Assembly (NCBI GenBank): GCA_035526585.1
Contig: DATLCC010000065.1
Span: forward strand, 11,581 to 75,580
Direction of reading: 5' to 3'
Length of the DNA stretch: 64,000 nt
Source of the DNA: Thermoplasmatota archaeon
GTDB lineage: Archaea > Thermoplasmatota > SW-10-69-26 > JACQPN01 > JAJPHT01
Positions 38,528 to 47,223 of the stretch are shown here, piece by piece (the stretch's first letter is position 1; every line of letters starts with the position of its first letter). The notes under the pieces were generated by a model. The model had not been told where the DNA came from. It saw nothing but the letters and a program-made list of their open reading frames with translations, and did not search any database. The translations under genes and the position numbers were made by a program.

Positions 38528-38749
38528 ATGCTGATCAAGGAACGACCCAAGAAACCGGGAATGAAGGAACTCAAGGTCAACATCCCGGTGAAGTACCACC
38601 TTCAGCTCCACAGCCTGAAGGTCATGGAAGGTCGCCAGATCCACGGGGTCGTCCAGGAAGCGCTGGACAAGTACTTCGCGTCGCTGCGCGCGGCTCAGGA
38701 AGACGCGCGCGACGATGACGGGACCGAAGACAGCGGGATGTCGAAGTAG
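38528..38749 (+). CDS. small ribbon-helix-helix protein, paralog 3
   Basis: MLIKERPKKPGMKELKVNIPVKYHLQLHSLKVMEGRQIHGVVQEALDKYF. Confidence 0.55.
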   Translation: MLIKERPKKPGMKELKVNIPVKYHLQLHSLKVMEGRQIHGVVQEALDKYFASLRAAQEDARDDDGTEDSGMSK

Positions 38750-38898
38750 GTCGCCCGAGCATCGGTGCCGTTTTCCGGGCGCGCTTTTCGGATGCGCGCC
38801 CGCAGGCGCGCACCCCGCGCCCAGGCGCGGGGCGAGGGCCGCAGCGCGCGTCGCGCACGACGCGCCCGGAGCGCCCGAGTCCGAAAAGGGTGCGGCGG

Positions 38899-39057
38899 CA
38901 CCCGGTGAAGTACCACCTTCAGCTCCACAGCCTGAAGGTCATGGAAGGTCGACAGATCCAGGGGGTCGTCCAGGAAGCGCTGGACAAGTACTTCGCGTCG
39001 CTGCGCGCGGATCAGGACGCGGCGAACGAGGATGAAGAGAAGGAAGAGACCGCCTAG
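38899..39057 (+). pseudogene. 5'-truncated copy of RHH paralog 3
   Basis: nt 38899-39008 match nt 38581-38690 with about 2 mismatches. The N-terminal Met and beta-strand region are absent. Its stop overlaps the convergent TrmB-like gene stop (CCTAGG). Confidence 0.45.
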
Positions 39058-40305
39058 GTCGCCTTCGCCGTTTCCCAGCTCTTCTCGAACCCGCGCCACA
39101 TGCCTTCGACCGAAGGCACGAGCGAGACCCACACTCCATACTCGGCGAGCGCGGCGACCTCCTCCGTCGCGGCTTTGCCCGTGAACACGAGCAGCGTCTC
39201 GGCCCGGTCCACGAGCACCATCGGCGCGCCCAGCGCCCCCTCGCCCGCGCGCACCTGCGCGCCCGCGATCTCCGCGCGCACGCCCGGCGGCACGAGGATC
39301 CGCACGCGCACGCCCTCGCGGATGCGCGACGCGAGCGCGCGCCCGATGCCGCTCGCAGCAAGGCGCGCCGCTTCTCCCGCGGAGAGGACGAGCGCGATCT
39401 CGGTCGCCGCGCGAAGCAGCATCTCCTTCTGCTTCTCGTAGCGCGTCAGGCGCCCTTTCACGACGAGCACCTGCTCGGACGCGCGCCCGCTCGTGAGCTC
39501 TTCGAGGCGCGATGCGGCCGGCATGGCGAGCGTCCACTGGTCGTCGAAGAACGCGCGCTGCGCCTGCACGTGGTCGCGGGCGCCGATCCAGAGCGCGGTC
39601 TCCTTCGCGTCCTTCCCCATTGGGTCCGCCGTGACGTACTGGACGATCTCGCGCTCGTCGGCCACGAAGAAGCGCAGCGGGCGCGGCACCATCAGGTGGC
39701 GCACCTCGGCGAACTCCGACATGCGGCGCAGCACGTCCTCCTGGCCCGGCAGCACCTCGGTGAGGATACGCGCCGAGACGCCGCGCTTGTGGGCGGCGCG
39801 CAGCTCCGTCTCCAGCCCCTCGTCGAGGAGGAGCCGGAAGAGCGCGCGGGAGGACGCGACGACGCAGAGCTCCTTCTGCGCGGCGCGGATCGTGCGCGCG
39901 AGCTGGCCGTTGATCTGGTTGCGATCGTGCAGGATGCGGAACGACTCGGAGACCTTCTCCTGCTTCGCCGTGCCGCCTGAAAGTCGGCCCAGCCGCGCGG
40001 CGAGGTCCTCCTTCATCGTCTCCACGGCCTTGAGGCCCGCGGCGCGCTCCTCGACGAGGATGGAGAGCGCCCGCTCCGCCGGCACGGCCGTGAACTGCCG
40101 CGGGCGCGAGAGCGTGCCTTCGACGAGGCCGCGCCCCTGGAGGCGCTCGAGGATCTGGTACGTCTCGGCGCGCTTCAGGAGCGCCGCCTTGGCGAGGTCC
40201 GTGACCTTGCTCGCTCCGAGATGCGTGAGATGCGCGAACGCGCGCGCCTCTTTCTCGCCCAGCCCGCACTGCTGGAGGCGGGTCACGACATCGTCGACCT
40301 TCATG
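39054..40305 (-). CDS. TrmB-family-like transcriptional regulator with long C-terminal sensor region, co-transcribed with a response regulator
   Basis: N-terminal wHTH LTHLGASKVTDLAKAALLKRAETYQILERLQGRGLV. ATG overlaps the stop of the upstream receiver gene (ATGA). Confidence 0.6.
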
Positions 40306-40690
40306 CGCCGTCCTCCTTGGAGAGAAGCCACTCTTTGACCTCGTACACCAGCCGCTTCCCGAACTCGTTGTTCTTCACGACGTAGGCGGCGGCGCCCAGC
40401 TGCAGCGCCTGGATGGCGACCTCCTCGCTGCCTTGCGAGGTCATGAGGATCACGGCCGGCTCCTTGCCTTTCGCGCGCAGCGTCCGCAGCACGTCGAGCC
40501 CGCTCATGTCGGGGAGCCTGTAGTCGAGAAGGACGAGGTCGTAGCGCTCCTCGTTCGCGCGCTCCAAGGCCTCGTCGCCCAGGCGCGCGGTGTCGACGCG
40601 CCACGACGCCTCGACCCGCAGCGCGCGCGTCGCGAGCTGCACGTGGTCGAGATTGTCGTCGACCAAGAGGATGCGCAGAGCCCCGACCAT
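40301..40690 (-). CDS. response regulator receiver domain protein (CheY-like, stand-alone)
   Basis: LRILLVDDN ... YDLVLLDYRLPDMSGLDVL ... AVILMTSQG. No histidine kinase within the window. Confidence 0.75.
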   Translation of the reverse strand: MVGALRILLVDDNLDHVQLATRALRVEASWRVDTARLGDEALERANEERYDLVLLDYRLPDMSGLDVLRTLRAKGKEPAVILMTSQGSEEVAIQALQLGAAAYVVKNNEFGKRLVYEVKEWLLSKEDGA

Positions 40691-41336
40691 TGTATGACCA
40701 ATTCTGACAATCAGGCAATAAGCTTCGCGTATTGGCTCCAAGGTTGCCAGGGTCTTGCGCCTTCGCCCTCCAGCCGCGAGTCGTTGGCCGAACCATCGAA
40801 CCACCGGATCAACGAGCGAGGGTGCTATCCTCGCGCTGGTCCGATGGTTCGGCCAGGATCGCAAGCCGAGCGGCTGACGCGGCGACTTCGTTCGAGTCGC
40901 TATGCCAGATGGCACGAGCGAGTCCTAACGCATCGTATCGCGCGCTGTGGCTCGTTGCCATGACATCAGGGGTCATGCAGGGTGCTCAGGTTTCCATGTG
41001 AGCGACACCCTGATCGGGATCTCAGCGTCGGTGGCCCGCGGGAAGGCCACAGCGCTTTCTTCGCTTTCGGGGCCCGAAGGCACGCGAGATCGCCCCTGCT
41101 CGTTGATGTTCTTCGGAGAGGATCGCGCGGGCCCTGGCGAGTACTCTCTTGCATGGACGGGCGCGCATGCTGATGTCAAGGAACCAGTCTTCTGGTGGGC
41201 AGACGTCCCGACGCCGCCGTTCGCGTCCCCATAGCACCGCGCGTGGCCGTCACTCAGCCACCATTTCCCCTCGCGATGGTTCGAGGGTTCGATGGTTCGG
41301 CTCAGAATATCGAGTCCCGTGACTGAAAAAGGGGGA

Positions 41337-42164
41337 TCAAGGGCGCGTCTGGCGTCGCTCGCGCCTTCTGCCGCGCGCATAGAAGAACGGCAGCAGGGCC
41401 ACGGCCAGGATGACGAACGTGAACGAGCCGCGCAGGACGTTCGGTTGGTTCTCCGGGAAGAACAGGATCACCGCGACGGTGACGAGCGCCGCAGCCGCCA
41501 TCAGCAGCGCCAGCACGACGGCGCGGCCGCGCGACTTCGGGTACGCCACGTTCGACATGTTGAGGAAGGCGAGGAGCACGACGACCGGGAGCGCGTAGTT
41601 GTACGGGATGCGAGCCACGATCAAGAGCGCGATGGTGACCGCGGACCATGGCGTCGGGAGACCTTGGAACGTCGTCGTCTGGCCTTCGACCGGGTTGCTG
41701 TTGAAGCGCGCGAGTCGCAGCATGCCCATCACGAGCACGAGGCCGGCGGCGAGGAGCGCGGGGAACGTGTGCACGGCGCCGTAGTAGGTGAAGACCATGA
41801 ACGCGGGCGTCATCACGAACGTGATCGTGTCGCTCAGCGTGTCGAGGTCACCACCCAGGCGCGAGCCGCCGAACTTGCGCGCGACGATGCCGTCGAGCGC
41901 GTCGCAGATGCCGCCCAGCGTGATGAGGACGGACGCGAGGAGGAAGCGGTCGTCCTGCCCGTTGGGCGCGAGCCCCGGGAAGACGCGGTCGAGGCCGGGG
42001 AAGAAGGGCGGCTCGTAGAGGACGACGACCTTCGTGAGGACGGCGATCGCGAGGAACCCCGCGAGGCCGTTCGTGAGCGTGAAGAGGTCCGCGGCTGATA
42101 TCACGCTGCGGATGCGCGGCAGCCGGGGGATGCGCCCGCGCACCGCGTGCCCGAAGCGCCGCAT
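41337..42164 (-). CDS. pssA: CDP-alcohol phosphatidyltransferase, archaetidylserine synthase-like
   Basis: DALDGIVARKFGGSRLGGDLDTLSD motif. Several TM segments. Alternative starts at 42236 or 42284 would add a repetitive LKVP N-terminus. Confidence 0.7.
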   Translation of the reverse strand: MRRFGHAVRGRIPRLPRIRSVISAADLFTLTNGLAGFLAIAVLTKVVVLYEPPFFPGLDRVFPGLAPNGQDDRFLLASVLITLGGICDALDGIVARKFGGSRLGGDLDTLSDTITFVMTPAFMVFTYYGAVHTFPALLAAGLVLVMGMLRLARFNSNPVEGQTTTFQGLPTPWSAVTIALLIVARIPYNYALPVVVLLAFLNMSNVAYPKSRGRAVVLALLMAAAALVTVAVILFFPENQPNVLRGSFTFVILAVALLPFFYARGRRRERRQTRP

Positions 42165-42169
42165 GCGCG

Positions 42170-42245
42170 GGTGGATCGGGACCTTGAGCTCCGGCACCTT
42201 GAGCGGCGGAAGCCGCGGCACCTTGAGCTGCGGCATGCGCGTGAA
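42170..42245. repeat. four tandem copies of about 15 nt (GGCACCTTGAGCNNC)
   Basis: gaccttgagctccggcaccttgagcggcggaagccgcggcaccttgagctgcggc. Would encode (LKVP)n if translated. Confidence 0.5.
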
Positions 42246-42270
42246 GCGCGGGCCGTGGCGCTTGGGCGCG

Positions 42271-42885
42271 CTAGAGCTCGGCAAGCACCGTCTCCCCTGC
42301 CACCATCTTGTCGCCCTCCTTCACGGCCGGCCGAAGCCCCGCCGGAAGGTAGACGTCGACGCGCGAGCCGAGGCGGATGATGCCGATCCGATCCCCCTTC
42401 TCGACCTTCGCGCCCTGCGCAAGGTAGGGGAGGATGCGGCGCGCGAGCGTGCCCGCGATCTGCACGACCTCGAGGTCGCCGACCTCCGTCTCGAAGTGCC
42501 ACACGACGCGCTCGTTGCGCTCCGACTCCTTGTTGAACGCGGGGACGAAGCCGCCCTGCACGTGCTCGACGCTCGCGACGCGGCCCGCGAGCGGCGCGCG
42601 GTTCACGTGCACGTTGAAGGGGTCCATGAACGTCGCCACGCGCGTGCGGCCATCCGGATAGACGTCGATCGACTGCACGACGCCATCCGCAGGCGCAAGG
42701 AGCCCCGGCCGCTTCGCATCGCGCTCCGGATCGCGGAAGAAGTTCAGCATGATGAGCGCGAGCGCGAGGAGCGGAGCGACGAGCGCCCACCACCACGCGC
42801 TCACCGCGAGCGCGAGCGCAAGCGCGAGGAACGTGGCGGCCCACGTGACGTAGAACCATGGACTCGTGCCCTTCGCGAGGCGCAT
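42271..42885 (-). CDS. psd: phosphatidylserine (archaetidylserine) decarboxylase proenzyme
   Basis: N-terminal TM, FMDPFNVHVNRAP, C-terminal LGSRVDVYLP (pyruvoyl-forming G-S site). Confidence 0.75.
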   Translation of the reverse strand: MRLAKGTSPWFYVTWAATFLALALALAVSAWWWALVAPLLALALIMLNFFRDPERDAKRPGLLAPADGVVQSIDVYPDGRTRVATFMDPFNVHVNRAPLAGRVASVEHVQGGFVPAFNKESERNERVVWHFETEVGDLEVVQIAGTLARRILPYLAQGAKVEKGDRIGIIRLGSRVDVYLPAGLRPAVKEGDKMVAGETVLAEL

Positions 42886-42963
42886 GATATCCCTCGCAGC
42901 TTGGCCTCGCGCTTAAAGCGTTCCGTCTTGCGGCGTTGCACGGCCGGAACGGCGGACCGCAGG

Positions 42964-43878
42964 TCACGCGTCGGTGGGCGCCGGCGCGGGATCGACCTTG
43001 CTGGGCGGCGGAGGCGGCGGCTTGCTGAAGAAGCCGGCGTGCTTGCGCTTGCGCAGGTCGAAGAGGTCGAGGATGTTCGAGTGGAGCTCCGGCAGCAGGG
43101 CGAAGACCCCGAGCGCGATGAAGACCATCGCGACGAGGGAGCCGATCTTGCCGACGTAGCTGTGCATCCATTCGAAGGGATCGATGCCGAACATCCCCCA
43201 GCCGAGCACCTTGTAGCCGTACACGATCCCCGCGTTGCGGAAGAGGTTCAGCACGTAGATGACCGGGACGGTGATCGCGTACGCCTTCCACTTCCGCGAG
43301 CTGGATGCGCGCAGGCAGGCGATCGCGCCGACGAAGATCATGATGCTCTGGATCGCCGTGCACGCGAGGATCACGGTGACGGCGTACTCGGTCCCGCCGT
43401 TGAGGAAGATGTGCGCGTCGCCGGTGGAGTCCTGCACGACGCCGTTCGGGACTCCGAAGATCGTGCTCAGCATCCAGCTCGACTGGATCGCGGTCTGGTA
43501 GATGAGCCACTTCTGGACGGCGGGGATCTCGTAGATGACGAAGTACGTGAGGGCGGAGACGAACGAGGCGCCGGTGAACCAGCGCAGCGCCTCCGGATCC
43601 TCCCTCCAGCGGTAGCTCTTGATCTCGTGCCAGGCGATCCACAGGAGGAAGATCGGTCCCAGGAGCGTGAACCACCCGTTGATCGGGTCGGGCTCGGTGT
43701 CGACGGGGTGGAAGAACTCGGGCGCCTGGAAGGGCCAGTAGAGCGCGAAGAGCGTCCAGCCCGCGGCGCGCAGCCAGTGGGCTCGGCGGTCGCGCCAGAG
43801 GAACCCGGCGCCCATGAGGCCAAGGCCCGTGAAGACCATGACCAGGAGCGCGGGCTGCCAGGCCGAGAAGTCCACCAT
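42964..43878 (-). CDS. artA: archaeosortase/exosortase family protein (ArtA-like)
   Basis: Polytopic. VTVILACTAIQS candidate active-site Cys. LNLFRNAGIVYG candidate Arg. PPPPPPS tail. Confidence 0.65.
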   Translation of the reverse strand: MVDFSAWQPALLVMVFTGLGLMGAGFLWRDRRAHWLRAAGWTLFALYWPFQAPEFFHPVDTEPDPINGWFTLLGPIFLLWIAWHEIKSYRWREDPEALRWFTGASFVSALTYFVIYEIPAVQKWLIYQTAIQSSWMLSTIFGVPNGVVQDSTGDAHIFLNGGTEYAVTVILACTAIQSIMIFVGAIACLRASSSRKWKAYAITVPVIYVLNLFRNAGIVYGYKVLGWGMFGIDPFEWMHSYVGKIGSLVAMVFIALGVFALLPELHSNILDLFDLRKRKHAGFFSKPPPPPPSKVDPAPAPTDA

Positions 43879-43978
43879 CTGGCTTCGGACGAGTCGCCGG
43901 GGGTTAAAAGGGTTTGCGGACAGCGCGTGCAAGCGCTGCGGCGCTTGCCCGCGTCGTCCGTGTCGGCCTGCGGGCCGG

Positions 43979-45568
43979 CTATCGGTCTGGCACGACTCCG
44001 AAGGGCGCGTACGCCTCCGCCGCCCGCTGCAGGACGGCCGCGCGGTCCGCACCGGGCAAGAGCGGCACGATGACGCGCGGCGCGACGGGCGCGCCTTGCC
44101 CCGCGATGAACGCGGCGCTCGTCCACAGCGCCTGCGAGGGGCCGCCGAGCACGCCGCCGATGCCGACGATGGTGCGCGAGACGTTCCCGTGCCCGAGCTC
44201 GATGCGCGCCGTCGCGAACGGCGTCGCGACGAGGTCGGGGCTCCCGAGCGCGAGCGTGCGCGAGCGCGACAGGTTGTCGAGCGCGTCGGCCGTGTCGTTC
44301 CAGCGCCCCGAGGGGTCGAGCGCCCAAGGAGTCGGGCCCTCCGCGTGCGCAAGGAGGAGCACGTCGCGCGCGAGGGGCGCCGCGTCCATCGTCGTCGCCT
44401 CGCCCACGCCCGGTCGCCCGGCGAGCGCGAGCGCGGGCGCGCCGGCGCCTTCGACCGCGGGGAGCTTGGTGATATCGAGGTCGTGGGCAGCGGCGAAGAC
44501 GAGCGCGCCCTCGCTCGCGCGCTCAACGCGCGCGGGGAGCGGGCGCGGGTGGAGGGCGAGCGTCAGCCCGTCGGGCCCGCGCGCGGCGTCGAGCGCGCGC
44601 TCGTCGGCGTGGGTGAGGTTCGCAAGGAGCGCGGTGACGCCGTGCGTGCCGGCGAGCGCGCGTGCGTCGTCGAGGTTCAGGATGATATCAGCGCCGAGCG
44701 GGAGCTCGGCTTGAGCGCGCGCCACCGTCAGGTCGCGCGCGGTGGGCGTCGCGTTCGCGAGGATCGAGCGCGCCTGCGCGGCCGCGCCCTCGACCTGCTG
44801 GAGGCGGTCGTCGAACCACGTGTAGCCCGGCTCGCGCACGCGCACGATCCCCGCAGCGGCCGCGGTCGCAAGCTGACCGTTCGCCTCGAGCGTGAACGCG
44901 ATCACCCAGTCGCCCGCGGCCATCGTCTCGGGGAACGCGCCCGTCGTGAGCGGACCGTCGAGCGGCGCGGCGGCGCCAAACGGCGTCGCCGTGCCATCGG
45001 GCGCGGTCGCGGTCCCGTTCCAGTACGCGGGGCGCGCTCCGGGCCCGAGCTCGACGAGGTCCGGGAGGAACGCGCCATCGCGCGCGCCTTCGTCCACGCG
45101 CAGCCGCAGCCGCGCCTCGCCCTGGCGCACGGTGGGGAGCGCGCAGAGCTTCGCCGCCTCGCGCGCCTCGCATGTGGTGAGGCGCTCCATCTCGAAGTAG
45201 GTCGCCACGTAGGGCGTGGGCCACGCGTGCGAGCGCAGCGCGAGGGCGTCGCCGGTTGCGAGCCCGGTCGACGCCGCGACGATCGCGGTGCCCGGCTCAG
45301 GGAGCGCGATGCCCAGCGCTTCCGCTGCGCGCGCGTCGAGGCCCGCGTAGTCGTGGACGCGCGCGCCCATCGCCTCCCCCAGCACGAGCGCGCCAAGCGC
45401 CGCGGGCGCGTGCGCCTCCGCGAGGAGCGCATCTGCGCGCGTCGCGTCGAAGGGCCAGCGCCCATCGAGCGCGAGCAGGCGGAGCTGCGCCACGTCGGGC
45501 TCGGGCGTGGGCGTCGGCGGCGGCCCGCCGGGCGTGCCGCACCCCGCAAGCAGCGCGACGGCGAGAAG
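43979..45568 (-). CDS. lipoprotein, hypothetical (about 530 aa)
   Basis: ALPLLLAVALLAGCGTPGGPPPTPTPEP. Probable TTG start. The rest of the 1031-aa ORF is Arg-rich junk. Confidence 0.4.
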   Translation of the reverse strand, partial: LLAVALLAGCGTPGGPPPTPTPEPDVAQLRLLALDGRWPFDATRADALLAEAHAPAALGALVLGEAMGARVHDYAGLDARAAEALGIALPEPGTAIVAASTGLATGDALALRSHAWPTPYVATYFEMERLTTCEAREAAKLCALPTVRQGEARLRLRVDEGARDGAFLPDLVELGPGARPAYWNGTATAPDGTATPFGAAAPLDGPLTTGAFPETMAAGDWVIAFTLEANGQLATAAAAGIVRVREPGYTWFDDRLQQVEGAAAQARSILANATPTARDLTVARAQAELPLGADIILNLDDARALAGTHGVTALLANLTHADERALDAARGPDGLTLALHPRPLPARVERASEGALVFAAAHDLDITKLPAVEGAGAPALALAGRPGVGEATTMDAAPLARDVLLLAHAEGPTPWALDPSGRWNDTADALDNLSRSRTLALGSPDLVATPFATARIELGHGNVSRTIVGIGGVLGGPSQALWTSAAFIAGQGAPVAPRVIVPLLPGADRAAVLQRAAEAYAPFGVVPDR

Positions 45569-45742
45569 AAGAGGGAGCGCCCGCAACGCGCGACGAACCG
45601 ACGCTTGCGCCTTGAAGGGTTCGTTGCCGGAAGCGGAGGAGGAAGCGGGATCCGGAACCGGGACGGACGACCGCCGGGTCCCAGGTTCCGCTACCGCATC
45701 CTCTTCCGAGGTCCACAAACGAGAAGAGAGAGCGGAGTCGTC

Positions 45743-46993
45743 GCGGCGCCGATGCGTGCGCTCGCGCTCCTCCTCGTCCTCCTCCTCGCGGGCTGCTCGA
45801 CGCCGGGCGCGAAGGACGGCGGCTCCCCGACGGCGCCGACGGCGTCGGCGTCGCGCTTCCTCGCGCCGCAGGTCATGGGCGAGGGAGGCCCCGAGCCCGT
45901 GCTCGCGTTCTCGCCCGAGGGGGATCGGCTGTATCTCGCGGCCCAGGATCCCGAGGGGGGTGGCCCGTTCGTGTGGGTCTCGAAGGATGGCGGCGCGACG
46001 TTCGACCTCAAGCGCCCGACGCAGCAGGGGGGCGGCGAGGTGGATCTTGCGGCCGGCCCGAACGGCGCCGTCTATCTCACGCAGCTCGGGGCGCGCGGGA
46101 ACATCGTGAGCGTGTCGCGCGACAAGGGCGAGACGTGGGACTCGGCCCCCCTCGGGGGGGCCTCGCAATATTTCGACCGCGAGTGGCTCACGGTCGACGC
46201 GAACGGGCGCGCGTATCTCGTGGCGCGCGAGTTCGGCACGACCGCGAGCGCGGGCGTCGCAAGGAGCGACGATCGCGGGCTCACGTGGCCGCCGCGCGGG
46301 AAAGCGTGGACCGCGCTCGACGAGCCGGGCGAGGCGAACGGGCCGCTCGTCGCAGTGGGAGCCAACGTGCACCTCGCATACATCTGCCGCCAGGGCGAGG
46401 CCGTGTGCGTGTCCACGACGCGCGACGGCGGCCTCACGTGGTCGCGCGCGGTCGTGGCGAGCCGCGGCACGAACGCCGCGAACGTGTACCCTGCGCTCGC
46501 GAGCGTGGGCGGCGCGCTCCTTGTCGCGTGGGCGGATGCGAGCGACGGCGCGCTTGCGGTCTACACGTCGCGCTCGAGCGATGCCGCGTCGTGGTCCGCG
46601 CCCCAGCGGGCCTCCGCGACCGGCGGCACGGCGGCGCTCCCGTGGCTCGCCTCGCGCGGCGGCGCGACATGGCTCGTCTACCTGCGGGCCGACGAGGCGA
46701 TGGCCGCAACGGACTGCGCGCAGGCGCAGGGCGCGCGGTGGATCCCGACCGCGCAGCCCCTCGACGCGCAGGGCGCGCCGCAGGGCGAGCCGATGCCCCT
46801 CACGACGGAGCCGGCGCACGTGGGCATCGTGTCGCCGCCCGTGGGCCAGTCGTGCAGCGGCGGCGCCCGGGACCGCAACTTCGGCGATTTCTTCACCGCC
46901 GCGATCTCGCCCCCGGGGAAGCTCGTGGTCGCGTGGTCGGCCGACACCGGCACGATCGCGAGCACGCGGGACATCGTCGTTCGGGAACGATGA
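45743..46993 (+). CDS. lipoprotein with BNR/Asp-box sialidase-like beta-propeller (paralog 1)
   Basis: MRALALLLVLLLAGCSTPG. Asp-boxes SKDGGATF, SRDKGETW, SDDRGLTW, TRDGGLTW. Confidence 0.7.
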   Translation, partial: AAPMRALALLLVLLLAGCSTPGAKDGGSPTAPTASASRFLAPQVMGEGGPEPVLAFSPEGDRLYLAAQDPEGGGPFVWVSKDGGATFDLKRPTQQGGGEVDLAAGPNGAVYLTQLGARGNIVSVSRDKGETWDSAPLGGASQYFDREWLTVDANGRAYLVAREFGTTASAGVARSDDRGLTWPPRGKAWTALDEPGEANGPLVAVGANVHLAYICRQGEAVCVSTTRDGGLTWSRAVVASRGTNAANVYPALASVGGALLVAWADASDGALAVYTSRSSDAASWSAPQRASATGGTAALPWLASRGGATWLVYLRADEAMAATDCAQAQGARWIPTAQPLDAQGAPQGEPMPLTTEPAHVGIVSPPVGQSCSGGARDRNFGDFFTAAISPPGKLVVAWSADTGTIASTRDIVVRER

Positions 46994-47030
46994 GGCCGAG
47001 GGAACGACGGATCGGGGGCAGAGAGAAAGC

Positions 47031-47052
47031 GTAACCTCTTGGTTACACGTCT
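47031..47052. promoter_or_regulatory. dyad motif GTAACC-N4-GGTTAC-ACGTCT, followed by the ATGGCGCCAT palindrome
   Basis: Read directly. About 190 nt upstream of BNR paralog 2. Confidence 0.3.
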
Positions 47053-47173
47053 GCCACATGGCGCCATATGGCACACCCGTCGCGGTCCCGGTTCCCGGCT
47101 TCCGGCTTCCGGGTCCCGGGTCCTCGGTCCCCGGGTCCCGGTCCCCGGTCCCCTCTTTCCCGCGTTCCCACGT

Positions 47174-47212
47174 CCGTCACCCCCGTCCGGGGTGACACGA
47201 AGCATTTTAGTC
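47174..47212. promoter_or_regulatory. CCGTCACC-N8-GGTGACACG dyad plus TATA-like CATTTTAG about 25 nt upstream of the ATG
   Basis: Read directly. A related GTCACC/GGTGACACG pair lies upstream of paralog 3 (50560-50638). Confidence 0.35.
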
Positions 47213-47223
47213 GTCTAGACAAC

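Noticed and set aside
43814-45742. 5' part of the 1059-aa + ORF upstream of BNR paralog 1
   Set aside because: Arg-rich junk antisense to the minus-strand lipoprotein. The real gene starts at MRALALLL (45743).
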